Assembly (NCBI GenBank): GCA_043228905.1
Contig: JBHGNT010000079.1
Coordinates: 1 to 64,000, forward strand
DNA: 64,000 nt
Reading direction: 5' to 3'
Source: Azolla caroliniana
Taxonomy: Eukaryota > Plantae > Polypodiophyta
A model generated the notes under the pieces. That model was not told the DNA's origin and did not search any database. It was given only the letters and a program-made list of their open reading frames with translations. Position 1 is the first letter of the stretch, and each line of letters opens with the position of its first letter. This document shows, in pieces, positions 1-12,200 of the stretch. A program made the translations under genes and the position numbers.

Positions 1-3000
1 AAGCCGGGGTTCAAGAGATTTGGTCCTCGGGAACAATGCCAACCGGGCTGGCTGAGGGGAATCGATGATCTATCTCATTCCCAAAGCGGCAGAGCAAAGC
101 CTGGAGTTGCGCCAATGGCGTCCTATAATGATCCTTAACACAATTTACAAGATTCTGGCAAAAGTCCTCGCGCGACGGTTAGCAAGCTTCTTACCGGACA
201 TTATACATGAGAATCAAACAGGGTTTATTAGGAGCAGGTGTATCTTTGATAATGTGTTGCTTCTCTGGGAAGCCATGGCATTGGTTGATCAGTCCGTCTC
301 GAGCTCAGCTATTCTGATGCTTGACTTCGAGAAGGCATATGATAGGGTCCTTTGGCCCTTCTTGGAAAACGTCATGAGAGCTATGGGCCTACCCCAAAAA
401 TAGAGGAAATGCACTTCTGCCCTCTACCGGACTGCTACCAATAGTGTGTTGATCGCGGGTGCTAGGGGCCCTTCCTTCAAACTACAACGCTCAGCGAGGC
501 AAGGTTGTCCCCTAGCCCCATATCTTTATCTATTCGTAACCGAGGCGTTCTCTGCCTACTTACAAGCCCCAAGCAACGGATTGAGGGGATTGCCCATCCC
601 TAATGCGAGTGAAGATCTTCTTCTATCCGAATATGTTGATGATATGGTCCTCTTCCTACAAGGTGATGAGGAGAATTTGTAGCAGGCTGAACATCTAGTC
701 GAGGACTTTTGTCAAGTTGCTGGTGCCAAGGTCAATTGGGATAAAACCCAAGGCCTTTGGTTCTGCGAACAAGAGAAACCAAGGTAGCATCCCCATGCCG
801 ATTTTACATGGGTCCCTAACGGGACGACATTCAAGTAACTAGGATTTACTATGGGGAGGGCAATTCCCAAGGGAGCACAATTGTCCCTTGTGCAAGCCAA
901 AATAAGCTAGAAGCTGAACCAATGGAGTAGATCTAAATTATCCTTCACTGGTAGGGTCCTTATTGCGAACCAAGTGATGCTCGCCACCATGTGGCACTCG
1001 GTCTCATGTTGGATTATGGACCCGGCAGGTTTGCATGCGATTAAGGCTGCCATCAGGGGATTTATATGGTCCAGTAAGGACAACCCAATGGCTGCTGCCA
1101 GAGTGTCATGGCGTTGGTTAACGCAGCCACGAGCCAAAGGGGGGCTTGGCCTCATAGACCCCTTAACACAAAGTCGTGCATTGCTGGCCAAATTGGTGGT
1201 TCGTTGCCTTCTCCCAGGTAAGGGGTGTTGGAAGGTACTACTTCACAATAGGTTGCAAGCAGGGACTCCCAAGTATGGTAGGCCTTGGCCTATCTCCTTG
1301 AACTGGTGTTGCACGAGTGGAGTCCCACCCAAGATGGCTTGTCAACAGGAGGACGGGGTAACAAACTCCATCTTGCGGGCGTGGTGTCATGTGCGACAAC
1401 ATTTGGTCAAGCACACCCCAGAGACACTCATCGAATGGGCTAGACAACCTTTATTTTGGAATCCTCAGGTGCGAACAAGCGATGACATGATGTTAGGGCA
1501 GCTTAAGGGCCTGGCATGGGGAAAGTTGGCACAGACAGGGCTTCACTCTATAGACGATTGGAGACGCATGGTTTCTCCAAGGGGAGCCCAGGAGGACCCA
1601 TTCCCTCCCCTCAAGGGAGCTATGAAGATGCAGAGCCTGATAGCTGAGGCAGTTGATAGGGTTCCGTTGGGGAATGTGCGAGAAGATGCATGGTTCGGTC
1701 TCTTTGATGAGGCTGGAATGGTTAAGTTGATGAAGGGTGTGAGTCGATTGGGAAGAGATACATTTTTTGGGGAGAGGCAAAGTAGGGGCACTTGGCTTCC
1801 GGTTCGAATGGTGGCGGAGGTTGATAACATTTGGAAGACAGACCCAGATGTTACTAAGGTGGAACCCCATTGGAAGTTATGGGTATATGGTTCTCGTCCC
1901 CTCGTTGAACTAGAATGGGACCTAGGGGATTTCAGGTGGAAACATGGTGACAAACTCTGCCACTTCTTTGAATATAGCACTAAATTGGGGCGGACTTTAC
2001 AACTGCAGCTCGATGGTCCCATTCATAATGGATGGCAAACATTGGGCATCCCTGACGAGGTGCTCATTACCTTTTGGAAGGGTCTCTGGCGTCTCCACAT
2101 GCCTGAAAAAATCAAGCTATTTTGGTGGCAGATTGGTCACAATGTGATTCCTGTTGAGGAATGGCTTGGTAAAAGGGGCGGCCCGATAGGTTGCCCACTT
2201 TGCTCTTCACCCATTGAGTCTCTGAGACATTGTCTTTGGGATTGCCCTCAAGCTCAAAAGGTATGGGACAGAGTCACTCGCCTCCTTGCGGCATGTGAAG
2301 TGGTTGGAACAGCCTCGTGGAGTGTTGCGGCATGGATTGACCACTCGACTGATAGGTGGACGGACACCTTTAATGCGGATACTTGGTGCTATGTATGCAC
2401 GGGAGGCCAAATCGGCAAGATCCGCTTTGAGAGAGACTTGTTGTCCGCGTCCCCTAGGTTCCTGGAAATTTGGAGGTTGATCGCAGGCTTCACCTTATTG
2501 TATGTCTGGAAAGCACGATGCTTAAAGGTTTTCCAAGATCGAGTACAACCCCCAGAGGAAGTGATCATGGATATTTGGTTCGCGCTTATCAGCTGCCTAC
2601 AAGGGCAATTAGATGAGGTTTGCAACCACTCCAATGATGTGGCCACTGCCCGGTTGCGCTTTTGGCAGAAATGGCGGAACACGCCTCTGGTGACACTAGG
2701 AGAAAGTGGACTGAGGTGGAACTACCAGCCCCCACGATGGTTGTTTCCTTCTTTCACGCCTCCCTCCCTTCAATGTAGGCCCTGGGAGTCAACTCATTCT
2801 GGCCGACACTAAAGGCCACTGCTTTTAGGTATAGGTATCTACTTACTTTAGGTAGTCGGTTTGAAAAACTATGTAAGTAGTCTCATTTTCTTGATCTTGA
2901 TCTGAGGGAGATTCCCCGTTTTGTGTATAAGCTTCCTTGTATAGTCTCCTTGTAATAATCCTTCCTAACTAATGGGAAAGTAGCTTTATTTTGGAAAAAA

Positions 3001-3003
3001 AAA
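1..3003 (+). mobile_element. L1/Tx1-like LINE retrotransposon, 3' part (RT, linker, zf-RVT, 3'UTR, poly(A)); inactivated; 5' end outside the window
   Basis: RT motifs WRPIMILNTIYKILAK, QTGFIRSR, LDFEKAYDRV, RQGCPLAPYL and EYVDD. CCHC knuckle CPLCSSPIESLRHCLWDC. ORFs 65..403, 446..682 and 974..2812 share one frame, interrupted by in-frame stops (e.g. TAG 401, 680, 785; TAA ~836). Frameshift near position 60. A9 tail at 2995-3003. Confidence 0.95.
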
Positions 3004-3250
3004 GAGACTCTTTAGAATCAAATGTGTTACACAAAACATGATTTTACCCAACTCTCTTTCTATTTTTTATCATAATTAACTTACCCTGTGGCAAGTAGTT
3101 AAAGACTACTAAATCTAGGTCCTTGCTTAAAGGCTTGATGTCCTAGCACGCCTCTTTATTATACCACACATGTTTTTCTTAATTTACTACATGTCATTGT
3201 GAAATGTTCAATTGGTAGGGTTTGAACATATTACCTGCTAGTCTTCACCA

Positions 3251-3560
3251 AACAACCTTATCAATTCAGCTATATCGATCTAGACCAATACCCAAAAAGC
3301 CTACTAATAGTTGTAAGGGAACCTTCCTAAGAATGATGACACTGAAAGTAGGGAATGTGTTCAAGATGTGCTCAAATGCTAGTTCATGATTTAAAGCATT
3401 GGACAACCTTATCAATTTATCTCAACTTGTTCATCAACACCCAAAACAACCGCCAACCGCTTGTAAGTAGAGGAGTGAACCTTTCTAAGAGTGACGACGA
3501 TTGAAATTAGGGAAGTTGTTCAAGAGTGTGCTCAAATGCTAGCCCATGTTTTGATGCACT
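3251..3560. repeat. Degenerate tandem duplication, ~150-160 bp x2
   Basis: CAACCTTATCAATT...GAACCTT.CTAAGA.TGA.GAC...TAGGGAA...GTTCAAGA..GTGCTCAAATGCTAG occurs at ~3253 and ~3404. Confidence 0.8.
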
Positions 3561-4981
3561 ACTTTTGACAAGTTGCACCAATCACACACCTTCAAAAACC
3601 AAGCAAGCAAAACATTTCATTCAAAATAGGATATAATGTATATAGTTTCACCCCAATTTTTACATGTGACACAAAGTTGTACAATTTTCAATATTTTCAT
3701 AAATGTATTTGTATAGACCTATGGGTTGCCTGGAGCTAAAAAGAAGGAAAGGTGTATAATTTATGCAAGGAAATCAAATAAACAATGAAAATGAAAAGGT
3801 AAACTACTTTGGCTTATTTGATGGTGTAGACATCGTTACGAAAAGTGCAACCTAGCAAGTGAGCAATAAACTCTAAATTATAATTACTCTTGTGACGATC
3901 ACATGCGGGATACTTATCTCTATTTTAAATGTAAAAGTTGTTGTATCAAGTGATGATGCTACCTTTGCCAATGACCAAGTTTTTATGTCTCTTCAGGGTG
4001 TGATATATGCCCCACTTCCCTAGCTTCTTCCACATTTTGTCATATTTTGGCCACTTTTGTGTGCTTTTTCATGAATTGACATATGAAAGGAAAAAGACTA
4101 TGGTACTCACCACCTTGCAAGTTTCTTTTAGTCATGTGTATATATGCATTTTGTGAACAAGTGGGACCTTGGCTTCAGTTTGTTCCGGCTGAGAAGAACG
4201 TATGTTGCATTAAAATGAAGTGGTACACTCTCATAAACACTTATTGCCTTATTGATCTTGCATTTCTATGAATAGATCCAAATTACTACATGCAATTTCA
4301 AAATAGTTTTACCCACTATAGAGTATTGTAATAATTCGATGCATTGAAGTGATTTTTTACCACAACTTATCATTTCAAACATATTATGTTGAAATGCTAT
4401 ATTACATTTTTAAATATTGTATGCAGTTCAAATTTGTGGTTCATGTTTTTTAAAGATTATTCATTTCTAGTTCAAATTGCTCATAGTTTATATCACCACA
4501 ATATATGCTCAACATCATTTCCTATGAGTTGAAACAAAACTAAGATACACAAATACTCTTCCACACGATGGCAATGGTTGATTTTAATTGATGAACATGC
4601 CAAAGAAATTTCAATTATATTTCCATTATATAATTAATATAATGTACATAGTACAATGCATTAAGTAACATTATAAATGACTTTTAAATGTTGAATAACA
4701 AAGAATGATTGTTAGTGCATGTGCAAGATTTGAAGCTTGTTTATAACGTTTGGAAGATAGGCAAAATTCCATTCAAATTTGTCATTAGTATACTTCAAAA
4801 ACTCATGTCTCATTAATTAGTGTTCCTTGCCACTTAATTAATGATAACTCCCTCCAAAGATTCTTTCTGAGAATGATGGATTGTTCTAAATTTTTCATGG
4901 GACAAGAAAACTCAAAGCCTTCGTGGAAATAAGAAGTAGATTAAGAAAGGAATGAAGTGTGAAATCTCAAAAAGGTATGAG

Positions 4982-5406
4982 TAGCAGTCGGCAACCGAAC
5001 TGAACCGAACCTCAAAACCGTAGTTTAACGGTTTAAACGGTTCGGTCCAGTTTCAGTTCGGTTTTAACAGTTAGAAACCGCGGGTTAATGGTTTTGCTTT
5101 GTTTTTTTACAATTTTTAATTTTTAATTGTTTTCTTAAGCAATCTTTTCATGTTCAAGCCTTATTCTCACATTTTAGGAAAATCTTTAAATTTTTGAAAA
5201 TTTAAAATAATGAAATATTTTAAATTTTAAAATTTGAATTTTGACCTACGTTGAAAACCGCCAAACCACAAAACTGTGGTTTTTATCGTTTAACAATTTG
5301 AAAAAAAAATTAACGGTTTTGTGGTTCAGTTCGGTTCAAGTTTCAAAAATTTTAAATGGTTCGGTTTTAACACTCTCAAACCGAACCGAACCGTTGCCAA
5401 TTGTTA
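4982..5406. mobile_element. Non-autonomous hAT-like MITE (425 bp)
   Basis: 14-bp TIR TAGCAGTCGGCAAC (4982-4995) / GTTGCCAATTGTTA (5393-5406; 3 transitions). 8-bp TSD GGTATGAG (4974-4981) / TGTATGAG (5407-5414). Many subterminal AACCG/CGGTT repeats and an AT-rich core. Confidence 0.88.
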
Positions 5407-8381
5407 TGTATGAGCTTCGTCTCGCACAAGTGTAGGAGGAATGCCTAACAATTATAATTTCTTGTTTTGGAGTTGCGTCATACATGCATTAAGTGTAATT
5501 CCTAGTAAGCTCCAACAATAAATGGCCACAACCATTGGAGAACCACACCAAGAGGTAAATAGTGCAACATGCATCTAGTTAACATGGAGAACAAGTTAAT
5601 GAAAGAAGATCAAATCATTATCGGGTGTTTTTACTTCTTGTGGTTGTATAAATTGAAATTCATCACGAAGGACGCAATGTGAATAAGGTATTTCTACCAA
5701 CATTAGGTAGTTAAACAAACAATTTATATGGACATATATGATATGCTATTTTAGATTTGTATATGTTATATAGCTAAAATTTGATAATAAAGTGGGTAGT
5801 TTCAAGGGTGATTGTTTCATGTAGTGAGTAAACTCTAGGATGCTAAAATCTTCCATATGACAAGAACGTATCATTAACAATCCAAAGCCTTCCCATTCAT
5901 TTGGGAATGGCGGAGATAATTTCTTAACATGTGCAAAATTTGTGCATGAGGATACATGTGCAAATTTTGTGCCTAAGTATGCATTCATACATGTTTCTAA
6001 CATTGCAACATTCAATGTCCAAATTCCGTAGAATACCTATATCACCATATGTCGTATATCATGTATATATGTATGTGAAGCACCTCATAACGACCCCAAA
6101 CTCACTAAATCAGACAATGGGTGACACAATAAATATGAAAGGCAAAATGGAGAGGAACTAAGAGAGGGCACATAGTAGAGTTTGCTAGAGGGTAGTTGAA
6201 TGAAATGTAGGTAGCAATGAATGGAAGAAAGCTAAGTTGGAAGGTTTAGTAGGATGTATGCAAATATTGAATAGTTGAGAAAATACCCACGTGCTCCTCT
6301 TGACTCTATGTGGAAACAAAATATCAATACATAAAGGGACCAATATTTAGATATTAATGCTTTTGCAACTTGTGCGCGTCATACTTATGATTTAATGCAA
6401 ATCATCCCTGTTCTTTTTGTCTTCCCCCTAGCCAATCTTAATTTCCTTCAGTAATTCTATATCACTTGTAGTTTATCGCAGTTACTAGAACTCAACACCA
6501 AGTAGCCATCGAAACACCTCTTTTTTTACCCACTCAATATGTAAATGCCTAGTCAAGCATCTTTTGCCTGTGTTTTTTAACAGAAACATGTTTTATTAAC
6601 CTAAAATCTAGCGTTGCTTTGAAATCACACACACACACAAAATACGAGTTGACATAAGTGCAAATCATTATGGAATCTAAGAATTTCATATAAAGATTTA
6701 GCTGATAAAAATACATTGTGCCTCAAGCTTGGTCTCCATGAGCTTGCTTAAAGGAGAGTAATCAAGGTCCAATGTATGACATATTTCAAGAGGAATTTGG
6801 TTCTTAGAAAGTACAATTTAATCAGCCAATAGAATATCTCCGCTTCTCCAAACAACATAGTTAAGTAATGGTGGGACACCATTCATTTCAACAACTTGTC
6901 ATATGCATGATCTTCAATTTAATACTTAAATATGAAAATTTTGGAGTAATTTTCTAAGCTCAAACAATATGAGATATTGGACAACAAAATGGGTGAACAA
7001 ACCTCAATCATGAGAAAATAATACACTCACTTTAATTTGCACATTCTCACAGAGATAAAATAATAATATAAAGCTTGAATTAGATGTGGGCAATAAATGT
7101 TTATGTATGAATTATGTGGAGAGACATAGAGGTGAGGACATTGTCACAATAAGTACAAGCTAACCATGCTACTATACATATTTACGAAATGTCGCTTTCA
7201 TATTTAGGCAAAAGTGGGCATGACAATATAAAGTGGGTCAATTATGAGGAAGGCCATTAGTTAGCCACCATTGTCCAATGGCATGAATAAGCGTCAACAA
7301 AAGTATGCTACAAACGACAAGTTTGATGGATTTTGGGTATGGAGATAGTATATGAGAGAACAATTTGAAGGGTGGTTCCACCGGCGCGGGATGGGTGTTG
7401 TACCTCATAGTTTTCTTATTGGCTAACGTTTTGTGTGCAAATGTCCACCAGCTTTGAAGTTTGGTTGTAACTTGGCCATTGTTTGGGAGCATAATATGGA
7501 TACACTATGAATAACAAAGCATAACAAGAACGGGTATTTGAACTACAAATCATGCTTTTGTGTCCACCATAGGTTCATGATAGCTTTGGTGCCACAATAA
7601 CTACAACTAATTCTTGTGATCCTTCGATACCTCCATTTCCGTGCCACAATATCAATATATTTATGTGGTGGAAAACCTTAACTTCGTATAATATCTTGTG
7701 ATTGCCAAGACATGACATTGTTAATAGGGTAAAAACATGAACTTCTGCTAAGTTTTGCCCAACAATTTAAAGGTAGGTAGGTAGTCTGTAGTTAATATGT
7801 TGGCATATTTAGACCATGTTAAAAGTTGGGGATATACCCCTTGATGGAAACATGTCATCCAATGCCAAATCATCACCAATTTAAAACCCATTTTTTGTGT
7901 GGCTTGGCAAAAGAGATACCTTTCTACATCACAAATTCATGCATTTACGCATTGTGATTCGTCTCATGTTTAGTTCAAGGTGAGTCTAAGAGGGATTCGT
8001 TTCAATGGAAAAATGTATTCAATCCACATAGCCATGCATATATATCCTACCTCCTTGACTCAGCACATATTGATTGGTTAAAAGAATATATATCTCAGAA
8101 GCACCCCATGGGGTACTAGTCGAGACTACGTTCCAAGTACTGTAGGCCATGGTGGGGTAGTTCCTTGAGAGGGGGGGGGGCACTGTAAAACAAGTAATAA
8201 ATGAAAACAAAATCACCCTTTTTGGACTAGACCCATGGGAACCTTTATATAGTAAGATGAGTTGGAAAACTTTTTAGTGTATGTATAATATATATATAAA
8301 CATATGTTTGTATAAAGTGTGCAAAATTAACTAAATCTCATGTCAACTTAAGTCTTGGAACTAGAGGTTGAACAACCAAAC

Positions 8382-9287
8382 ATGGATACTAGTGATCATT
8401 ATTATAACCCAAATGAGGAGGAGCAAGATGAAGATGAACAGGAGCTCGAAGAAGAAGAGGATGTAGAAGAGGAGGACAATGACAATGACGACAACGAAGA
8501 AGAAGAAGAAGAAGCTAGAAATTCGATGACCCCAAGTGAAAGCACAAGGCATCGGCACCACCCAAAGGCCACGAGGACCGCTCTTAGTACAGGCACAGCA
8601 CGAACCACTCTCGCTATCACGGAGGCGGTGCCGGCGTACAAGGGAGTCCGGCGGAGGAGCTGGGGGAAATGGGTGTCCGAGATCCGGGAGCCCGGGAAGA
8701 AGACGAGGATCTGGCTGGGCTCATTCCCAACGGCCGAGATGGCGGCACGGGCATATGACACTGCCACTCTCGCCCTACGGCCCAACACGCCCACCGCCAC
8801 TCTCAATTTCCCGAGCCTCGCCCCTCACTTGCCTCGCCCCGCCTCCCTCTCCGCCCGTCACATCCAACAAGCCGCAGCCGCGGCAGCAGCCGGTAAAACT
8901 ATCCTTCATTCTTCTTCTTCTACTCCTCCTCCTACTACTACTACTACTACTATTACTACTTCCACTCCTACTCCATCCTCTTCTAAATCTAACTCCAACT
9001 CCAACTCTAACTCTAACTCTAACTCTAACTCTAACTCTAACTCTAACTCTAACTCTAACTCTAACTCTAATGCCAATTCCAATCTCAGCTTCATGTGCAG
9101 CCCCTCCAGCCCCCCTGCTCACTGTTATATTTATGATCATATGATCAATAATATTGATCCTTTGTGTAATTACATCCAATGTGAATCCCCACATTACATT
9201 CACTCTAACTTAGTATACCCTCCCGATCCTACTCCGCCAAGTAGCCTTCACCAAGGCCTCGACTGGAGCATTTCTCTCTGGGATTAG
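8382..9287 (+). CDS. AP2/ERF transcription factor, DREB A-4 / ERF group III (TINY-like), intronless
   Basis: Single AP2 domain [41 protein letters not shown]...LNFP with the DREB-type V14/E19. Followed by the LPRPA..S...IQ.AAA motif and a C-terminal LWD. First ATG at 8382 (alternative 8526). TATA-like TATATATAAA at ~8291. Confidence 0.93.
   Translation: MDTSDHYYNPNEEEQDEDEQELEEEEDVEEEDNDNDDNEEEEEEARNSMTPSESTRHRHHPKATRTALSTGTARTTLAITEAVPAYKGVRRRSWGKWVSEIREPGKKTRIWLGSFPTAEMAARAYDTATLALRPNTPTATLNFPSLAPHLPRPASLSARHIQQAAAAAAAGKTILHSSSSTPPPTTTTTTITTSTPTPSSSKSNSNSNSNSNSNSNSNSNSNSNSNSNSNANSNLSFMCSPSSPPAHCYIYDHMINNIDPLCNYIQCESPHYIHSNLVYPPDPTPPSSLHQGLDWSISLWD
8991..9068 (+). repeat. Coding hexamer microsatellite (AACTCY) x ~13 encoding (Asn-Ser)n
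   Basis: Direct reading; preceded by an (ACT)n poly-Thr tract at ~8933-8960. Confidence 0.95.
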
Positions 9288-12200
9288 ATCCACCCCGATC
9301 TGGATCGAATTGATCCGATCATATGTTGTTGTCATTTTTCTGTAAAGGATTCCAACATATGGAAATCAAGCTCCCCTCCCCCTTCATAATTCATGTCAAT
9401 AAGGAAGAATTTTATGTGCAGCGAATATAAATTGTGTACCGATATTGTTCGTCTTGAATTGAAATGTGATAGTAGATTCATTTGTGATTTCTAACCATAT
9501 ATAGATAGATAGATAGATAAGATAAGATAGATCTTTCTTTCCTTTTCTGTTGGAGCATCATATCGAATAATAACGAAATCGCTGTGTTACAAAAAATGAT
9601 TCAGCACACATAGATGCGGGAACTCGCTCAGGCATACATGGGCCACCGTGCCGACAAGATCTTCAAGCTGCAGAAAAGCATACCATGCTTAGAAATCTTT
9701 TTAACCAGGAAACCATTATACCCGTCCCACCTCTGTGGGCCACAACTAAACTTTCTGCTCCGACTAGATCGTGAGATTCAGATCTCAGTTCCAATCAATT
9801 TCATATTACATCGAAAGTTAGCAGCACAGTAATATGTCGAGAGGTAGTGATCGAGAGCGGTTTTGCAGTGCATGATCCTCTGAAGAATCTGCAAATATCC
9901 ACATTATGCATTTAAAATCTCTTCAGCTTGATCCGAGTCCTTCACATTCTTCCATTGAAGCTATGAGCTCAACACCTTGGTCACATTCTGATCGTCAATC
10001 CATCATTGGGTTGTTAGATCTTTGCTTACATGGTGTTAACAAAAGAAAGAAATACGTTGTTTGCCTCTCTTGATGAGCCACATGATTTGGGGCCCCATAG
10101 CTCAAGTCTAAGTATCTATGCCAATGAGCACGCGGTTTAATCCTAATCTAATCGGCTTCGTTGAAAGGTTTCAATCTCTCCATTCGAGGGGAGGTGGGTG
10201 TGTCACGCTAGAATGTGCCTCTACACTCGAGAGAGAGTTTTCCCGAGTGGGCGAGTGGGAGAGCTTATGTTCCACATCTCGAACAACTCTGATCAATCAT
10301 CGTTTCCCATCTTTGTCTATGTTTCAGCCCAATTCGTAGACCATGGGATGGATACCTTTAACTTATGTGATGCCTCTAAGAGATAACTTCAATGTTGGGA
10401 CCATTGGCCCCTTCTACCTACTGGATTAAGTTAGTACATCTTGTGATATGTCAAAAACACATGTCAAATCTACACCTATTGTGACAAATCCACTACCTAC
10501 ACTCAAACTAATCATTTGTCATTATAGCATTTCATTAGCTCATGCTCGGTCACTACCAAACAAAATGATCATACTAAGTTATTCACTCATTTTATTGTGT
10601 GTGTATGAGTCATGCTACCACATTGAAACCTAGATAGAACTTCAACCACTAGAAACACTACATGAACTTGTATGGCAAACCTCCAAATTTTTTCAATAAT
10701 CTTATTAGGAACGGTCTAGCATTGATTTCAAAATGTGTTACCTTTTCACAAAGTCGAATTTTGTATCCCAACAAAGGCATGGGTTCAAGAAGATCAAGTT
10801 GATTGATGATATAATTATGAAATTAATCTATAGGAGAAAGTAAGTAGCAATCTAGATTGGAAGAACATGGTGTATAGTTCAATTTATTTGTATCCCGACT
10901 ATTGAGTGTCCATTGTGATTAAATATGATTTAACTTTGGGTTGTTACAAGTCACAAATAAAGTTTTAGTTAACCTTTTATAACTCTTGATTATTGTGTTC
11001 CCCAACATTCACTTGAATATAATATTGTTTGCACTAGTGAAACTTTGGAAAACTAAGCAATCAATCGTATATGACAATGGTTTGTTTAGTTCGATAACTT
11101 GTGTGTGTATTCTAGAAACTGATAAGCAAGTTTGTAAATTGCACAAACTCATGTACCATCCACATGTATTTCAACTAACATCACTAAATAATATTGCTAC
11201 ATGTGTTGTTGCCTACTTGTTATACAATGAAAATGAATACAACGTGTGGTACTTTATAATGTCATCTGTTATTTATTTGAACAATTTAAGCTCAATTCTG
11301 ATGTTGATGTACTATCAAACCCGTAATGTCAAATAATTGGAGTTACATGTAAGAATAATAAGGAAACATTATTACAAAGTTACCTATCAAATGTGGTGCT
11401 ACCTTCGAAGGTCGAACATAGGGTATTTGGGAGCTAGAAATGGCCATTCCAAATGACATGTGTCAAGTGGTGTGCAACTGACAGAGGTCTTTCGAGGAAT
11501 TAATTACGTTTGTTTTACGTTCTCATCTGGCATGAAGAGTTATGCATGGCGAATCAAATAAAGCATTTGAGAAGAAAGGTAAAGTAGAGGCAACATTTAA
11601 ACCAATTTGTTACCTATATACCTCATCTTTTCAATTCCATGACCTCACAAGATGTCAAAAGTATATAAATGCCTTATAATTATGCCTTCAAGTGAAATCA
11701 TATGGATCATAATAACCAATTTTGACTACTAGTTGGGGATACATGTTGAGGCTCAGTTACTTCCATCAGTTTTCATTTATTTACTTGTACTAGAAATACG
11801 AGCTTGTCCTTTAGGAATCACATTGTACGTAAAATTTCTATTCGCTCATAGCATAAATAAACGATTACCTTTTAGATACAACATTATAAAGAGAATAACT
11901 ATATTGTGCCATATTAATTATCATTAGCACAAGACGAGAGCCAAACAAGGAGAAGATAGACTCAATGTGTATCATATTCATCAAATGGGTACCTTAAAGC
12001 ATCACAACATTGATAATGTAGGAAACTTCTATTGTCCTAAGGAAATTCCCTCGCCTTGGGTATGTCCATGTTCCATTGGCAACTTATCTTGGTAGACATG
12101 CAACACCAACCAACTATTAAAGCACGCCAAGATCAAGGAAGCCTAAGCCACTATACAATGGACAATTACCTTGTCCTAGATATAGATATCTACCGATCAA

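Noticed and set aside
8361-9203. Alternative-frame ORFs over the AP2 gene (poly-LT, RV, LE)
   Set aside because: Translations of microsatellites in other frames.
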